The position numbers and the translations under genes were made by a program. From the IMG/VR virus record IMGVR_UViG_3300037096_000044, positions 1 through 62,748 of that record: a stretch of 62,748 nt of DNA; one strand, given 5' to 3'. Positions 1-8,641 of this stretch are shown here, piece after piece; the stretch's first letter is position 1; each line of letters starts with the position of its first letter. This DNA is from a virus. A model generated the notes under the pieces. The model was not told where the DNA came from and made no database searches. It was given only the letters and a program-made list of their open reading frames with translations.

Positions 1-127
1 TAAATTCCGTATCCTCCGGATGCGCAACCCGGATACAAAAGCCGGGAAACGCCACACCGAGATGGCCGAATATCTAAAGGCCCATCCGAATTGCGACGTG
101 GCGGAGATGTTGGCGGGAGTTAAGAGT
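1..127. repeat. Terminal direct repeat, copy 1. It is identical to 62622-62748 and marks the closure point of a circular or terminally redundant genome.
   Basis: Read directly. Both copies run from taaattccgtatcctccgg to ggcgggagttaagagt, and an ORF crosses the junction in frame. Confidence 0.95.
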
Positions 128-352
128 GCCGGTAAAGCCGACTTCACTTGGGCCGTCGCGAACAAGTACATAACCACAGACCTCAAGACGAACGGAGACG
201 CAAATGGAAAGTCCGGGCTTCAAGCGGCTGCGGTCGCACTCGCAATATCGGGAGATGATAAAGCGGACACTAGCAGAGCAAGAAAGAGCGCTAAGCGAAG
301 CCCGGCAAAACCCACCGCCAAATCCAAAAAGTCGCGTCGCAAGGCGCGATGA
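1..352 (+). CDS. 3' part of a wrap-around gene whose 5' part is 62248-62748. Hypothetical protein of ~241 aa with a basic Lys/Ala/Ser-rich C-terminus.
   Basis: The open frame at the window end (frame of 62248) continues at base 128 in the frame of track ORF 20..352. The stop lies at 350-352. Confidence 0.6.
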   Translation, partial: KFRILRMRNPDTKAGKRHTEMAEYLKAHPNCDVAEMLAGVKSAGKADFTWAVANKYITTDLKTNGDANGKSGLQAAAVALAISGDDKADTSRARKSAKRSPAKPTAKSKKSRRKAR

Positions 353-1074
353 TTATCCAATCTCAAATCCGAAACGGAGAGCAAAATGAACGCGCAGCGT
401 CGGTCGGCCGTCAAGTAAATGTTGTGACGACTAAGAACATGGCATTTTATCTTGACGGTACAATCGAGCGGCTTTGCCGCGAACGACTTGGCGATGGCCA
501 CGGCAAGCAATACTATTCCCGCGACGCAGTGGCGTTTCGCGAAGGTATCGCAGATCGCGTCATCGAAAAGATCATCCGCCGCCGTCGCGACATCGAGGCG
601 AAGGAGAAGGCCGATCAGGCAGAAGCTGCAAGGAAGGCAGCTTCTGCTGGGATTAGCCTCGCGACCACGATGACAATAGCGGGCGTCTCCGAGCGGGAGG
701 AGGCCGGCAATTATGACTTCCTCCATGGCGAGGGCGCTTGGGCGAAGAAGCTAGAGCGCGAAGCGGAGTGGGAGCGGGATTGGGATAAGCGCCAAGCCGA
801 ACGGGCAAAGGCGGAAGCCGAGGCCGAGAAGCTTCACGCGGAATGGGCGGCGGCGAACCCGGAGGAAGCGGCTAAGGAAGCGGCTAAGGACCGCGCCCGC
901 GAACGGGCGCGGGATCGTCGCGCCGCTCGAAGCTCTAATCGTTATTATTACCGCGAGACGGCCGAAGACCATCGCAAATCTTCCGGAGAATATCATGCCG
1001 GTTACGAAGCCGGAAAGAATGTTTCCATCGAGCCGCAAATGGATAGCGGTGCTAACAGAAAGATCGGACGATGA
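349..1074 (+). CDS. Hypothetical protein with a highly charged Arg/Glu/Ala-rich (coiled-coil-like) C-terminal half.
   Basis: 241-aa ORF. Its ATG overlaps the upstream stop (ATGA) and its stop overlaps the next start. An alternative start is at 439. Confidence 0.5.
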   Translation: MIIQSQIRNGEQNERAASVGRQVNVVTTKNMAFYLDGTIERLCRERLGDGHGKQYYSRDAVAFREGIADRVIEKIIRRRRDIEAKEKADQAEAARKAASAGISLATTMTIAGVSEREEAGNYDFLHGEGAWAKKLEREAEWERDWDKRQAERAKAEAEAEKLHAEWAAANPEEAAKEAAKDRARERARDRRAARSSNRYYYRETAEDHRKSSGEYHAGYEAGKNVSIEPQMDSGANRKIGR

Positions 1075-1976
1075 CCGGACATTTCGTTGCCTACGCTCCG
1101 CGCGACTTTCGCGCGGAGGCGTTGGACACTATCAAAACCGCAAACAAGATCATTGAGGAGTATGAGAGCAAAGGGATGCCGTTGACCATTCGGCAACTCT
1201 ATTATCAGTTCGTCGCTCGTGGATTGATCGAGAACTCCGATAAGTCTTACAACCGCCTCGGAGGTCTCATCAATGACGGCCGGATGGCGGGCCTCGTATC
1301 TTGGACCGCTATTGAAGACCGGGGACGTAACTTGATGGGGCTGCATACTTATGCATCTCCATCAAGTGCTGTTCGTTCCCTTCTTCCCGATTACCGCATC
1401 GACAAATGGGCCGATCAGCCGTTCCGTCCCGAAGTGTGGGTTGAGAAAGCCGCGCTCGAAGGCGTCATCGGAACGATTTGTAATAAGCTTCAAGTGGACT
1501 TCTTCGCTTGTCGCGGTTACAACTCACAATCCGAGCAATGGCGCGCTGGACGGCGGTTGGCCTCGTATATCTCGAAGGGCCAAGTGCCAATCATCTTTCA
1601 TCTCGGTGACCACGATCCTTCCGGCATCGATATGACTAGGGATAACCGGGACAGATTATCCCTATTTGCCGGCACTCCAATCATGGTCCAGCGTCTAGCG
1701 CTGAACATGCCACAGATCGAGACACATCGCCCTCCGCCGAACCCGGCGAAGGTCAACGACCCAAGAGCCACCGACTACATCGCGACTTACGGCAATGAGA
1801 GTTGGGAGCTAGACGCACTAGAGCCAAGCATTATTCACAATCTCATCGAGGATGCGATTTTACGGATACGTGATTCTCAAAAATGGGACGCAATGCTTAA
1901 GCTCGAAGCCGAAGACAAGATCGAACTTGAATCCATGATCGAAGAAGCAGGAGAGCAAGATGATGACACCATTTGA
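1071..1976 (+). CDS. Topoisomerase VI subunit A / Spo11-like protein (winged helix plus Toprim), a stand-alone 'Mini-A'-type.
   Basis: Contains LTIRQLYYQFVARG (R-x-x-Y-Y winged-helix tyrosine motif), VWVEKAALEG (Toprim Glu) and HLGDHDPSGIDM (DxDPxG Toprim). No B subunit is adjacent. Confidence 0.6.
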   Translation: MTGHFVAYAPRDFRAEALDTIKTANKIIEEYESKGMPLTIRQLYYQFVARGLIENSDKSYNRLGGLINDGRMAGLVSWTAIEDRGRNLMGLHTYASPSSAVRSLLPDYRIDKWADQPFRPEVWVEKAALEGVIGTICNKLQVDFFACRGYNSQSEQWRAGRRLASYISKGQVPIIFHLGDHDPSGIDMTRDNRDRLSLFAGTPIMVQRLALNMPQIETHRPPPNPAKVNDPRATDYIATYGNESWELDALEPSIIHNLIEDAILRIRDSQKWDAMLKLEAEDKIELESMIEEAGEQDDDTI

Positions 1977-2136
1977 AGAAGGCCGTGTGGCCGGGTTCAA
2001 AAATCTTCCTAATGTTAATCCGTATCGGAACGAAGCAGCGAAGGAGTGGGAAGACGGTTATGCTCAAGGCCAGCATGAAGGCCGGGACGAAGTGAGTACA
2101 AAGCGGGTAGCATTCGCTAAGGGGTGGAGATTTTGA
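1960..2136 (+). CDS. Small hypothetical protein (58 aa).
   Basis: The ATG is preceded by gcaggagagcaag (GGAGAG). It overlaps the end of the upstream gene, and its stop abuts the next ATG at 2137. It is below the ORF-track size cutoff. Confidence 0.35.
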   Translation: MMTPFEEGRVAGFKNLPNVNPYRNEAAKEWEDGYAQGQHEGRDEVSTKRVAFAKGWRF

Positions 2137-2472
2137 ATGACCAAACTTATCATCCCGCTCCTTAACGGTGAGAACTGGGAAGTGTATGGAAAGGTCATCG
2201 GTGATTTAGCCATTCACCCCGACAAAAAGGAACCAGCGCGGTGGAGCGTCACTCATGTTCCGTCCGGGCTGACATTCGTTAAGGCTGTCCCGAAGGACGT
2301 GCTGCGTAGTAAGTTGAAGCTGACGAAGTGGTGTGAAGCTGTTCAGCTTGAACTTAAAGGCGATTGGAAGGCTTTGAGGAGCGTTACAGCACAAAGTGTG
2401 CTGAGCGCTCCTCAATTATCAAAAGAACTCAGAGAGCGCATCCGCGCTCATTGTCTATCAACCAAAGTCTGA
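2137..2472 (+). CDS. Hypothetical protein.
   Basis: 111-aa ORF in an operon-like array. No motif recognised. Confidence 0.5.
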   Translation: MTKLIIPLLNGENWEVYGKVIGDLAIHPDKKEPARWSVTHVPSGLTFVKAVPKDVLRSKLKLTKWCEAVQLELKGDWKALRSVTAQSVLSAPQLSKELRERIRAHCLSTKV

Positions 2473-2487
2473 AAACGGAGAGCTAAA

Positions 2488-3144
2488 ATGAAATACGAAT
2501 TTACCGGTGAAACCAAAATCGAGTTCGGTGTAAAGTTACACCGTATTCGAGCGACCGCCGCAATCGTCGCTTTCGGTATCGCTATCGGCGACCTCGGAGG
2601 GTGGATTGAGAAGGAAGATAATCTGTCGCAGGTGTACGGCGATGCGTGGGTGTCCGGCGATGCGTGGGTGTACGGCGATGCGCAGGTGTCCGGCGATGCG
2701 TGGGTGTACGGCGATGCGCAGGTGTCCGGCAATGCGCGGGTGTACGGCGATGCGCAGGTGTCCGGCGATGCGCGGGTGTACGGCGATGCGTGGGTGTACG
2801 GCAATGCGCGGGTGTCCGGCGATGCGTGGGTGTCCGGCGATGCGCGGGTGTACGGCGATGCGCGGGTGTACGGCGATGCGTGGGTGTCCGGCAATGCGCG
2901 GGTGTACGGCGATGGAATTGTTGATGCTTCGATCTTGGTCGCTTCCCGAAGCGACGGTTATACTTTCACTTGCGTAAAGACTAAATCGCTTCCGGTCATA
3001 ATCGCTGGTTGCCGATATTTTACCTTCTCGGAAGCCCGCGAGCATTGGGAGGAAACCCGGAAGGGAACTAAGCTCGGGGATGAATCGTTCGCCCTAATCG
3101 ATCATCTGGAGCGGATGGCGAAGCTACAAGGCTGGTGTAAATAA
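2488..3144 (+). CDS. Hexapeptide-repeat (left-handed beta-helix-like) protein with a non-repetitive C-terminal domain.
   Basis: Carries 15 consecutive G-[DN]-A-[WQR]-V-[SY] hexads. RBS ggagag lies upstream of the ATG. Confidence 0.75.
   Translation: MKYEFTGETKIEFGVKLHRIRATAAIVAFGIAIGDLGGWIEKEDNLSQVYGDAWVSGDAWVYGDAQVSGDAWVYGDAQVSGNARVYGDAQVSGDARVYGDAWVYGNARVSGDAWVSGDARVYGDARVYGDAWVSGNARVYGDGIVDASILVASRSDGYTFTCVKTKSLPVIIAGCRYFTFSEAREHWEETRKGTKLGDESFALIDHLERMAKLQGWCK
2638..2907 (+). repeat. Tandem repeat, 15 x 18 bp, in frame within CDS 2488-3144.
   Basis: The unit is ggc[g/a]atgcg[tg/ca/cg]ggtgt[c/a]c. Only 4 of the 18 nucleotide positions vary across all copies. Confidence 0.95.
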
Positions 3145-3155
3145 GGAGAACGCAG

Positions 3156-3350
3156 ATGGCCGATATGAAAACTCGCATCGAGGAGTTCTGTAAAAGTGAC
3201 CGGGGATGGCCGCGCCATCTCCGGATTGCCCACGCGGAATACCAGGCTCGGTTGGCTACAACTGAGGATGGTAGAAACTTCTGGCGCGGCGTAAAGAACG
3301 CTAATGGCACGGACTTCAAACCGCAGGAGAGCAGACATGACATACGCTAA
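3156..3350 (+). CDS. Hypothetical protein.
   Basis: 64-aa ORF with aaggag upstream of the ATG. Confidence 0.45.
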   Translation: MADMKTRIEEFCKSDRGWPRHLRIAHAEYQARLATTEDGRNFWRGVKNANGTDFKPQESRHDIR

Positions 3351-3570
3351 CACCTATCGTGTTATTGAGAAGAAGAGCGGTGGCACGCTCAACTTCGTCC
3401 GTTACGCGGAGAACGAGAAGGATACTGATTCGGAGGAGGTCGCAGAGCGGAAGCGAAAAGCTCAAGCTATCCGCCTCCGCGACAATTGGGTTGCGAACGT
3501 GGACCCGTCGCTCACGCTTATTGTCGTGAAGTGCGATGGGATGGGCCACATTCTCGATAAGGTGGTGTGA
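3337..3570 (+). CDS. Hypothetical protein.
   Basis: Internal ATG (MTYANTY...) of track ORF 3304..3570, preceded by caggagagcag. Confidence 0.5.
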   Translation: MTYANTYRVIEKKSGGTLNFVRYAENEKDTDSEEVAERKRKAQAIRLRDNWVANVDPSLTLIVVKCDGMGHILDKVV

Positions 3571-3571
3571 T

Positions 3572-3679
3572 ATGTCCGATGCTCAAATCGACGCACTCAT
3601 ATCGGTAATGCTGCTCATTGCGTCATTGCTGATAATCGTCGCTTCTGTTGCCTCTTGGGGAGGGATAGTTTCTTTATGA
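3572..3679 (+). CDS. Small single-pass membrane peptide (35 aa).
   Basis: Sequence is MSDAQIDALISVMLLIASLLIIVASVASWGGIVSL. Its stop overlaps the next ATG (ATGA). Confidence 0.35.
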   Translation: MSDAQIDALISVMLLIASLLIIVASVASWGGIVSL

Positions 3680-4449
3680 GGATATGGACGCGGGATGGAA
3701 TGAAATGGATCGAGGCTCCGGACAAAATAGAAGTTGGAGCCATTATCCATTGGCCTGATGATGAAGGCGTTTACCGAGTAATCGCAGTTCAAGATGAACT
3801 TCGATGCGTTCAACTTAGGAAAGGAGAGCCTGTGCAAAAAGACCGTGGAAACTGGAAACCAGAGCCTCAGCAGAACCAAACGGAGAGCACTCACATGATA
3901 TCCTTAAAGACTAACGACCGGGGCAGCACAATCACTGCCCAAACGGAAGCGACAAAAGAAACTCCTTTAAATGAAATCGTCGCCGGGTATAATGCCCTCG
4001 CGACAAAGCTCGGTTCGAAAACGGTCACACGTTTCAAGAACCGGGAAACGGCGATCAAGCGTTTCAGCGAACTAAAGGCGACACAACCGGCTGCCGACGC
4101 AGCCACAACCCCGAAAGAAGGTGCTACCATGGCGACGAAGAAAAAGGCGAAGAAGACGGTTCCCGCTCCGAAGGAAGACAAGCGCTCGAAAATCTCTATC
4201 GAGTTCGGCGCGCGTCTCGGGACTAACCGTGAGAAGCTCATCGAGGCGCTGCACGGAAGCTTCGGTAAGTTCGTTCCGATCAATCAGCTTTTGAAAGCTG
4301 TATTCGGTTCGATGAACGAAGAGAACCGTGGCGCTCTCGCGATGGTCATGAAGGGCGTCGAAGTCATGATCAAGGACGAAAAGCTGCCGTACAAGACCGA
4401 CCGGAAGAAGGACGATAAGGGCCTCGCTTGGGGGCTGTTTAAGAAGTAG
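3676..4449 (+). CDS. Hypothetical protein with a Lys-rich central linker.
   Basis: The ATG at 3676 is coupled to the upstream peptide. A terminator follows the gene. Confidence 0.55.
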   Translation: MRIWTRDGMKWIEAPDKIEVGAIIHWPDDEGVYRVIAVQDELRCVQLRKGEPVQKDRGNWKPEPQQNQTESTHMISLKTNDRGSTITAQTEATKETPLNEIVAGYNALATKLGSKTVTRFKNRETAIKRFSELKATQPAADAATTPKEGATMATKKKAKKTVPAPKEDKRSKISIEFGARLGTNREKLIEALHGSFGKFVPINQLLKAVFGSMNEENRGALAMVMKGVEVMIKDEKLPYKTDRKKDDKGLAWGLFKK

Positions 4450-4454
4450 GTGCA

Positions 4455-4495
4455 AAGCGGGTATCTCCCTAAGTCGGGAAGATCCCGCTTTTTTG
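4455..4495 (+). terminator. Rho-independent terminator.
   Basis: Stem aagcggg...cccgctt followed by a tttttt run, directly after the stop at 4449. Confidence 0.7.
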
Positions 4496-4645
4496 CGTTT
4501 AAGGCCCTCCTCAGCGCTCCTAGGCGGGGCGTCCTAGGGCCTAGAAGCCCGGTCCGACGCTCGGGCTACCAATCCAGCGCCCTTCCCCGAAACCCCATCC
4601 CTGCACAAGCTCTAGGGCGGCGGGATAGGCTTAAAAGGCGACTGA

Positions 4646-6088
4646 ATGGGCTACCTCCCGAAGATGAAAAGCCGACCGGCCCAAAAGGAGGCGCTGAAGC
4701 TCCTCCGGGGTAAGGAGGCGTTTGCACTTCTTATGGCGATGCGGACCGGGAAAACAAAAGTCGTGCTCGATGACTTCGGAGAGATGGAGCTAGCCGGAGA
4801 GGTTCAAGATCAACTCGTGATCGCTCCGGCGGGCGTTTATCGGACTTGGGAGACGGCCATTCGTGATCATATGTCGGAGGACATATTGGATCGCATGTTA
4901 GTTCATACTTGGAGTTCCGGTGCAGGAGTTGGAGAGCGCCGACGCCTCGAATATTTTATGTCAATAAAAGATAAGCGAAAGCCTCGCACGCTCTTAATGA
5001 ACGTGGAGGCTTTGTCCCGGCCCGGCGATGCGAGGAAATTGGTCAGCGAATATATCAAACAGCGCCGTGTCGTTACCAACGTGGACGAAAGCACAATTAT
5101 CAAAAACAATTCCGAACGGACCAAGTTTGTAACTACCGCTGTCCTTGCTGATTCTGATTATCGGCGCATCCTCTCCGGCCTCGCCACTCCGCGCTCGCCA
5201 CTGGACCTTTTCTATCAATTCCTTTTCCTTGATTGGCGCATACTTGGTCACAAGAGCTATTGGACCTTCCGCGCCGAGGTCGCGATTATGCGGACCGAGT
5301 TCTATGGCGGTCGCCGGGTTCCGATTGTTGTAGGATACCGCCCGGAAGCGGTGGAGGCGCTTAAGGAGAGAATTGCGCCTCACAGCTTTCGCGTTCCATT
5401 CCGTCCCAAGTATCCGAGCACCTATACCATCCGCGAAGTCGAGTTGACGAAGGAGCAAAAGAAGGCTTACGCGGAGATGAAGGAGTTTTCGACCACGAAC
5501 CTCGGGCGTGAGCGCCACGTTACCGCGACCGTGGTGATAGCTCAAATCATGAAGCTCCACCAAATCCTCCTCGGGCACGTAACCGACGAGAACCGGATTA
5601 TTCAAACGTTGCCAGAGAACCGAACGGCCGCACTACTCGGATTTTTAGAAGACTATGACGGCAAAGCCGTCATTTGGGCTCCTTACGATCATGACATTCG
5701 AAAGATCGCGGCGGCGCTTCGGAAAGAGTATGGTCCAAACTCAGTCGCATGTTTTTGGGGTGGAAATGCAAACACGCGGGAGGCTGAGGAAAAACGTTTC
5801 CTCAATGATCCAGTTTGCCGGTTCGAAGTCGCTACCCAAAGCGCCGGAGGCCGAGGCCGGACTTGGACGAATGCGCGGCTCGTGATCTATTACGCTTCGA
5901 CCGATAACCTAGAACACCGGGAGCAATCGGAGCAGCGCACGCTGGGTGAAGATAACAAATACCCAGCCGACTTCGTGGACTTCATCGTTCCGGGGACAGT
6001 GGAAACCAAAATCCTCGAAGCGCTCCGCAAGAAGATCGATATGAGTTCATTTATCAATGGCGACAATTACCGGGAGTGGATTATCTAA
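4646..6088 (+). CDS. SNF2/RAD54-family helicase.
   Basis: Contains MRTGKTKVVL (Walker A-like), NVDESTIIKN (DExx box), LSGLATPRSPLDLF and QSAGGRGRTW (motif VI). Confidence 0.85.
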   Translation: MGYLPKMKSRPAQKEALKLLRGKEAFALLMAMRTGKTKVVLDDFGEMELAGEVQDQLVIAPAGVYRTWETAIRDHMSEDILDRMLVHTWSSGAGVGERRRLEYFMSIKDKRKPRTLLMNVEALSRPGDARKLVSEYIKQRRVVTNVDESTIIKNNSERTKFVTTAVLADSDYRRILSGLATPRSPLDLFYQFLFLDWRILGHKSYWTFRAEVAIMRTEFYGGRRVPIVVGYRPEAVEALKERIAPHSFRVPFRPKYPSTYTIREVELTKEQKKAYAEMKEFSTTNLGRERHVTATVVIAQIMKLHQILLGHVTDENRIIQTLPENRTAALLGFLEDYDGKAVIWAPYDHDIRKIAAALRKEYGPNSVACFWGGNANTREAEEKRFLNDPVCRFEVATQSAGGRGRTWTNARLVIYYASTDNLEHREQSEQRTLGEDNKYPADFVDFIVPGTVETKILEALRKKIDMSSFINGDNYREWII

Positions 6089-6121
6089 AAGAAAAAGCCC
6101 ATAACCTTTTGGTTCCGGGCT
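6086..6121 (-). terminator. Terminator closing the minus-strand late operon, in a convergent gap.
   Basis: On the minus strand the sequence reads AGCCC-gg-AACC-aaaa-GGTT-at-GGGCT followed by TTTTCTTTT. Confidence 0.55.
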
Positions 6122-6163
6122 AAGTTGGTCGCGGGAGACATCCAAAAACCGCGACGGGAGAAA

Positions 6164-6502
6164 TTAAGGGGATTCTAAAATATCCTCGCCATTCTCCGTC
6201 AAATTTTCCGTTAGATAACGGCGACGGACGAAATGATCAGGCTCCGGGAACTCTTCGCCATCTTTTGTTGCATTACGAACTCGCAGCCTCCAAATGTCGT
6301 TCTTAAGCTCGGCAAAGCGGTCATCATCCTCGTGATTGTGGAGCGAGATGATCCGATAGAATATTCGTCGTGTATCGTACACGAGTTGCTTTTGCTCGCT
6401 AAATTTACTTTGAAGGTAGATCATGATTGCCGAAGTCCCGGCAGCTACGGCTCCGATTAGATAGACAGTATCGTTGACGGCTAGGAGTTGCGCGAGCACC
6501 AT
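6164..6502 (-). CDS. Membrane-anchored hypothetical protein, the last gene of the late operon.
   Basis: N-terminal hydrophobic segment LLAVNDTVYLIGAVAAGTSAIMIYL. Confidence 0.5.
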   Translation of the reverse strand: MVLAQLLAVNDTVYLIGAVAAGTSAIMIYLQSKFSEQKQLVYDTRRIFYRIISLHNHEDDDRFAELKNDIWRLRVRNATKDGEEFPEPDHFVRRRYLTENLTENGEDILESP

Positions 6503-6517
6503 TTGCGGTTCTCTTTT

Positions 6518-7291
6518 TTAAGAAGTGGTAATCGCCTTGAGCTTAGATGCGAGGTCGGTTAGATCGAAGCCGGGTGGAGCTTCACCTTGCGCGGTGATCC
6601 AATCGGGGTAAAGTTCCCAATGGGCCTCCTCGCAATACGCATCGAGAAATGCGGGTGTAATCCCCTGTAACCTTCCCCAGCTTACGCAGGTGAAGGTTCC
6701 ATTACGATAGTCCACGAGCGGAACATCGTGGCCTGCCGTCGATTGGTCGCCCGTTACCGAAACATCCCACCGCGCTCCAGCGTCAAATTGGTCTTCCGCG
6801 AAGCCGGGAAGGTTAAGACCAATCCGGCAAAAACCGGAAAGTTGAATTGCCCACCGAAGATGATCCAAATTACTGGGTTCAATATTTCCCGTCGCTTGGG
6901 CTTTGTGGCCGAGAAAACCGTTTGAAACGAGATAAGCACAAACGTCGCTCTCTTGAGCCCCGTTATCGGTCAAAGGATCGGACGCATTGAACGGCGGATT
7001 AGTCACCGCAGAATAGAGCGCAAGCACTTGGTCATCGGTCGGAACGACAATGGAGCCGGAAGCGTTCGCCGTTCGCAGCATAAGCGTATGACCGGTGTCG
7101 GCTGCCGTACAGCACCCGAACCGATCATTTGCCATCATGCCCCAAGGCACTTCGACCTTAGAGACGTAATCGTTACTCTCAGGCGGCGGAGTTCCGAGCG
7201 CATCGAGCGTCGAAGCCATCAAGAGAGCCGAGCGCATCGTGCGCCGGGTTATTACCGGCGCACGACGACCATATTTGTAACGGCGGACCAT
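6518..7291 (-). CDS. Putative papain-like cysteine peptidase. The function call is tentative.
   Basis: Has NDRFGCCTAADTGH around a candidate nucleophile Cys and a later His (AGHDVPLVDY). It lies in the envelope/lysis cluster. Confidence 0.35.
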   Translation of the reverse strand: MVRRYKYGRRAPVITRRTMRSALLMASTLDALGTPPPESNDYVSKVEVPWGMMANDRFGCCTAADTGHTLMLRTANASGSIVVPTDDQVLALYSAVTNPPFNASDPLTDNGAQESDVCAYLVSNGFLGHKAQATGNIEPSNLDHLRWAIQLSGFCRIGLNLPGFAEDQFDAGARWDVSVTGDQSTAGHDVPLVDYRNGTFTCVSWGRLQGITPAFLDAYCEEAHWELYPDWITAQGEAPPGFDLTDLASKLKAITTS

Positions 7292-7296
7292 AGCGC

Positions 7297-7752
7297 TTAG
7301 TTGCTACGGTAGCCGGTAACGGCGACACCGCTCGGAGCGAACGGAAGCGCGCCAGTGGCACCAATCGAAAGCACCGCGCCGGGAGCGAGCGCGCGGAGCT
7401 TCTTGTGGAGCCGGGCTTGAGCAGCTGGGGCTTGTCCGGCGACGATATTCACCAGCGCGGAAATAACGGCATTAAGCGCCGCGCTTCCGGCCGTAACAAT
7501 CGTGGCATAAGACGGACCGAATAGACCGGCCGCAGTCGCCAAGATGCTTTCGACGGTCGGAATATATTTGACCGCCAAATTCACCGCTGATTGGATCGCA
7601 TCGGTAATCGCCGGAGGTAGCGTTACCGAGATGGCGCCGGTGGGTCCGACCGCGACACCGATGCCGGTGCCAAGGATGTTGGAACACCCGGCGACGGTAA
7701 GTGCCGCTGCCGGAGCTACACTGGCAAGAAGAGTTCTGCGAGAAAAGTTCAT
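7297..7752 (-). CDS. Putative Tat-exported lipoprotein, Ala/Gly-rich.
   Basis: MNFSRRTLLASVAPAAALTVAGCS combines a twin-Arg motif with the lipobox LTVAGC. The internal ATG of track ORF 7297..7767 is used as the start. Confidence 0.5.
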   Translation of the reverse strand: MNFSRRTLLASVAPAAALTVAGCSNILGTGIGVAVGPTGAISVTLPPAITDAIQSAVNLAVKYIPTVESILATAAGLFGPSYATIVTAGSAALNAVISALVNIVAGQAPAAQARLHKKLRALAPGAVLSIGATGALPFAPSGVAVTGYRSN

Positions 7753-7763
7753 ATTTCTTCCTT

Positions 7764-8216
7764 TCATGCTGTAATTGGTTTCGCATCCGCAGCAGCAACA
7801 ACCTTATCGCTTGCGGTTGCGTTCGCTATCGCCGGAGAAGCAATAACCTGTTTGACCTCCGGGGTGGTGGCAATTAAATCAGCCACCTTCGCCGTCGCTG
7901 CCGGACTAGAGGTTTGGACAACGATGGTATTCGGCTGGAGTGACACATTCTTCGTTTGGTGAGACTGGCGTGATACAAAACCAGAAATGATTGGAATGGC
8001 AACAACCAAAAATCCGCTGATAGCGGCCACGAGAACCCCCGCAGCTGTACCGACCGCCATTATTGAATCAATAAGCGCTTGTGCTTTCGTCGCGCTGAGA
8101 AGCCCGAGAGCGCCGGCAACTCCCGCGAGGGACATCAGCACATTGCGTCCAGCCGCCAGCGATGGAGCCGAGAACAAGTTGCTGAGATAGGTAAGAAAGG
8201 CCGTTATCTTTTTCAT
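7764..8216 (-). CDS. Membrane protein with two or more hydrophobic segments (holin-like candidate).
   Basis: The MKKITAFLTYL... start overlaps the upstream stop. Hydrophobic stretches include LMSLAGVAGALGLL and AAGVLVAAISGFLVVAIPIISGF. Confidence 0.45.
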   Translation of the reverse strand: MKKITAFLTYLSNLFSAPSLAAGRNVLMSLAGVAGALGLLSATKAQALIDSIMAVGTAAGVLVAAISGFLVVAIPIISGFVSRQSHQTKNVSLQPNTIVVQTSSPAATAKVADLIATTPEVKQVIASPAIANATASDKVVAAADAKPITA

Positions 8217-8512
8217 ACTGTTCCCCTTTCTGCTTGGACTGCCGCGATAACTGCTTGTGCAGCTTCGAGGCATTGTTCAGATGTTACATCGCTGCCGTAC
8301 CCGGCATTAGTTAGAGATGTCATCAGCGCGCTCGCTGCCGTTGCTGCGACGATAGCTTGAGCATCCGGGGTTGGAGCCGGACCGGAGCTATCAAGCACTT
8401 TGATGATTTCAGTTGCACCGGCAGTGTTTGCTTGGTCACCGACCAAGCCAGCCTCCCAACCTTCATAAGCTACCAGAGCCGCTACGCCAGCGGCGAGGTC
8501 TGCATCGGTCAT
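8213..8512 (-). CDS. Hypothetical protein.
   Basis: The MTDADLAAGVAALVAYEG... start is coupled (ATGA) to the upstream small ORF. Confidence 0.45.
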   Translation of the reverse strand: MTDADLAAGVAALVAYEGWEAGLVGDQANTAGATEIIKVLDSSGPAPTPDAQAIVAATAASALMTSLTNAGYGSDVTSEQCLEAAQAVIAAVQAERGTV

Positions 8513-8640
8513 GGCGCTCTCCTTACCGTCATTGATGTAGTCATCGAAACGAGCCAGCACCCGAATGACCAACCGACGCCCGCGCAAAAGGCGCCAACGA
8601 GACAAGCGAGTGCAAAATCTGCTGAGAGATGTAGGACCAT
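8509..8640 (-). CDS. Small membrane peptide (43 aa).
   Basis: Begins MVLHLSADFALACLVGAFCAGVGWSFGCWLV... It sits between two coupled genes and is below the track cutoff. Confidence 0.3.
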   Translation of the reverse strand: MVLHLSADFALACLVGAFCAGVGWSFGCWLVSMTTSMTVRRAP

Positions 8641-8641
8641 G

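Noticed and set aside
2638-2907. Possible CRISPR array, because of short regular repeats.
   Set aside because: The repeats are contiguous with no spacers. The unit is 18 bp, and the array is in frame inside a coding sequence.
2448-3045. Long ORFs on the opposite strand and in other frames across the 18-bp repeat array (tracks 2448..2894 -, 2536..3045 -, 2606..2977 +, 2646..2924 +).
   Set aside because: They are by-products of the periodic repeat and give monotonous HPRIA, PYTRAS or MRGC strings. The hexapeptide frame has the RBS, the non-repetitive N- and C-terminal domains and the operon context.
4450-4713. An 87-aa + ORF spanning the gap before the SNF2 gene.
   Set aside because: It starts inside a rho-independent terminator, runs through palindromic intergenic sequence and overlaps the helicase start in another frame.
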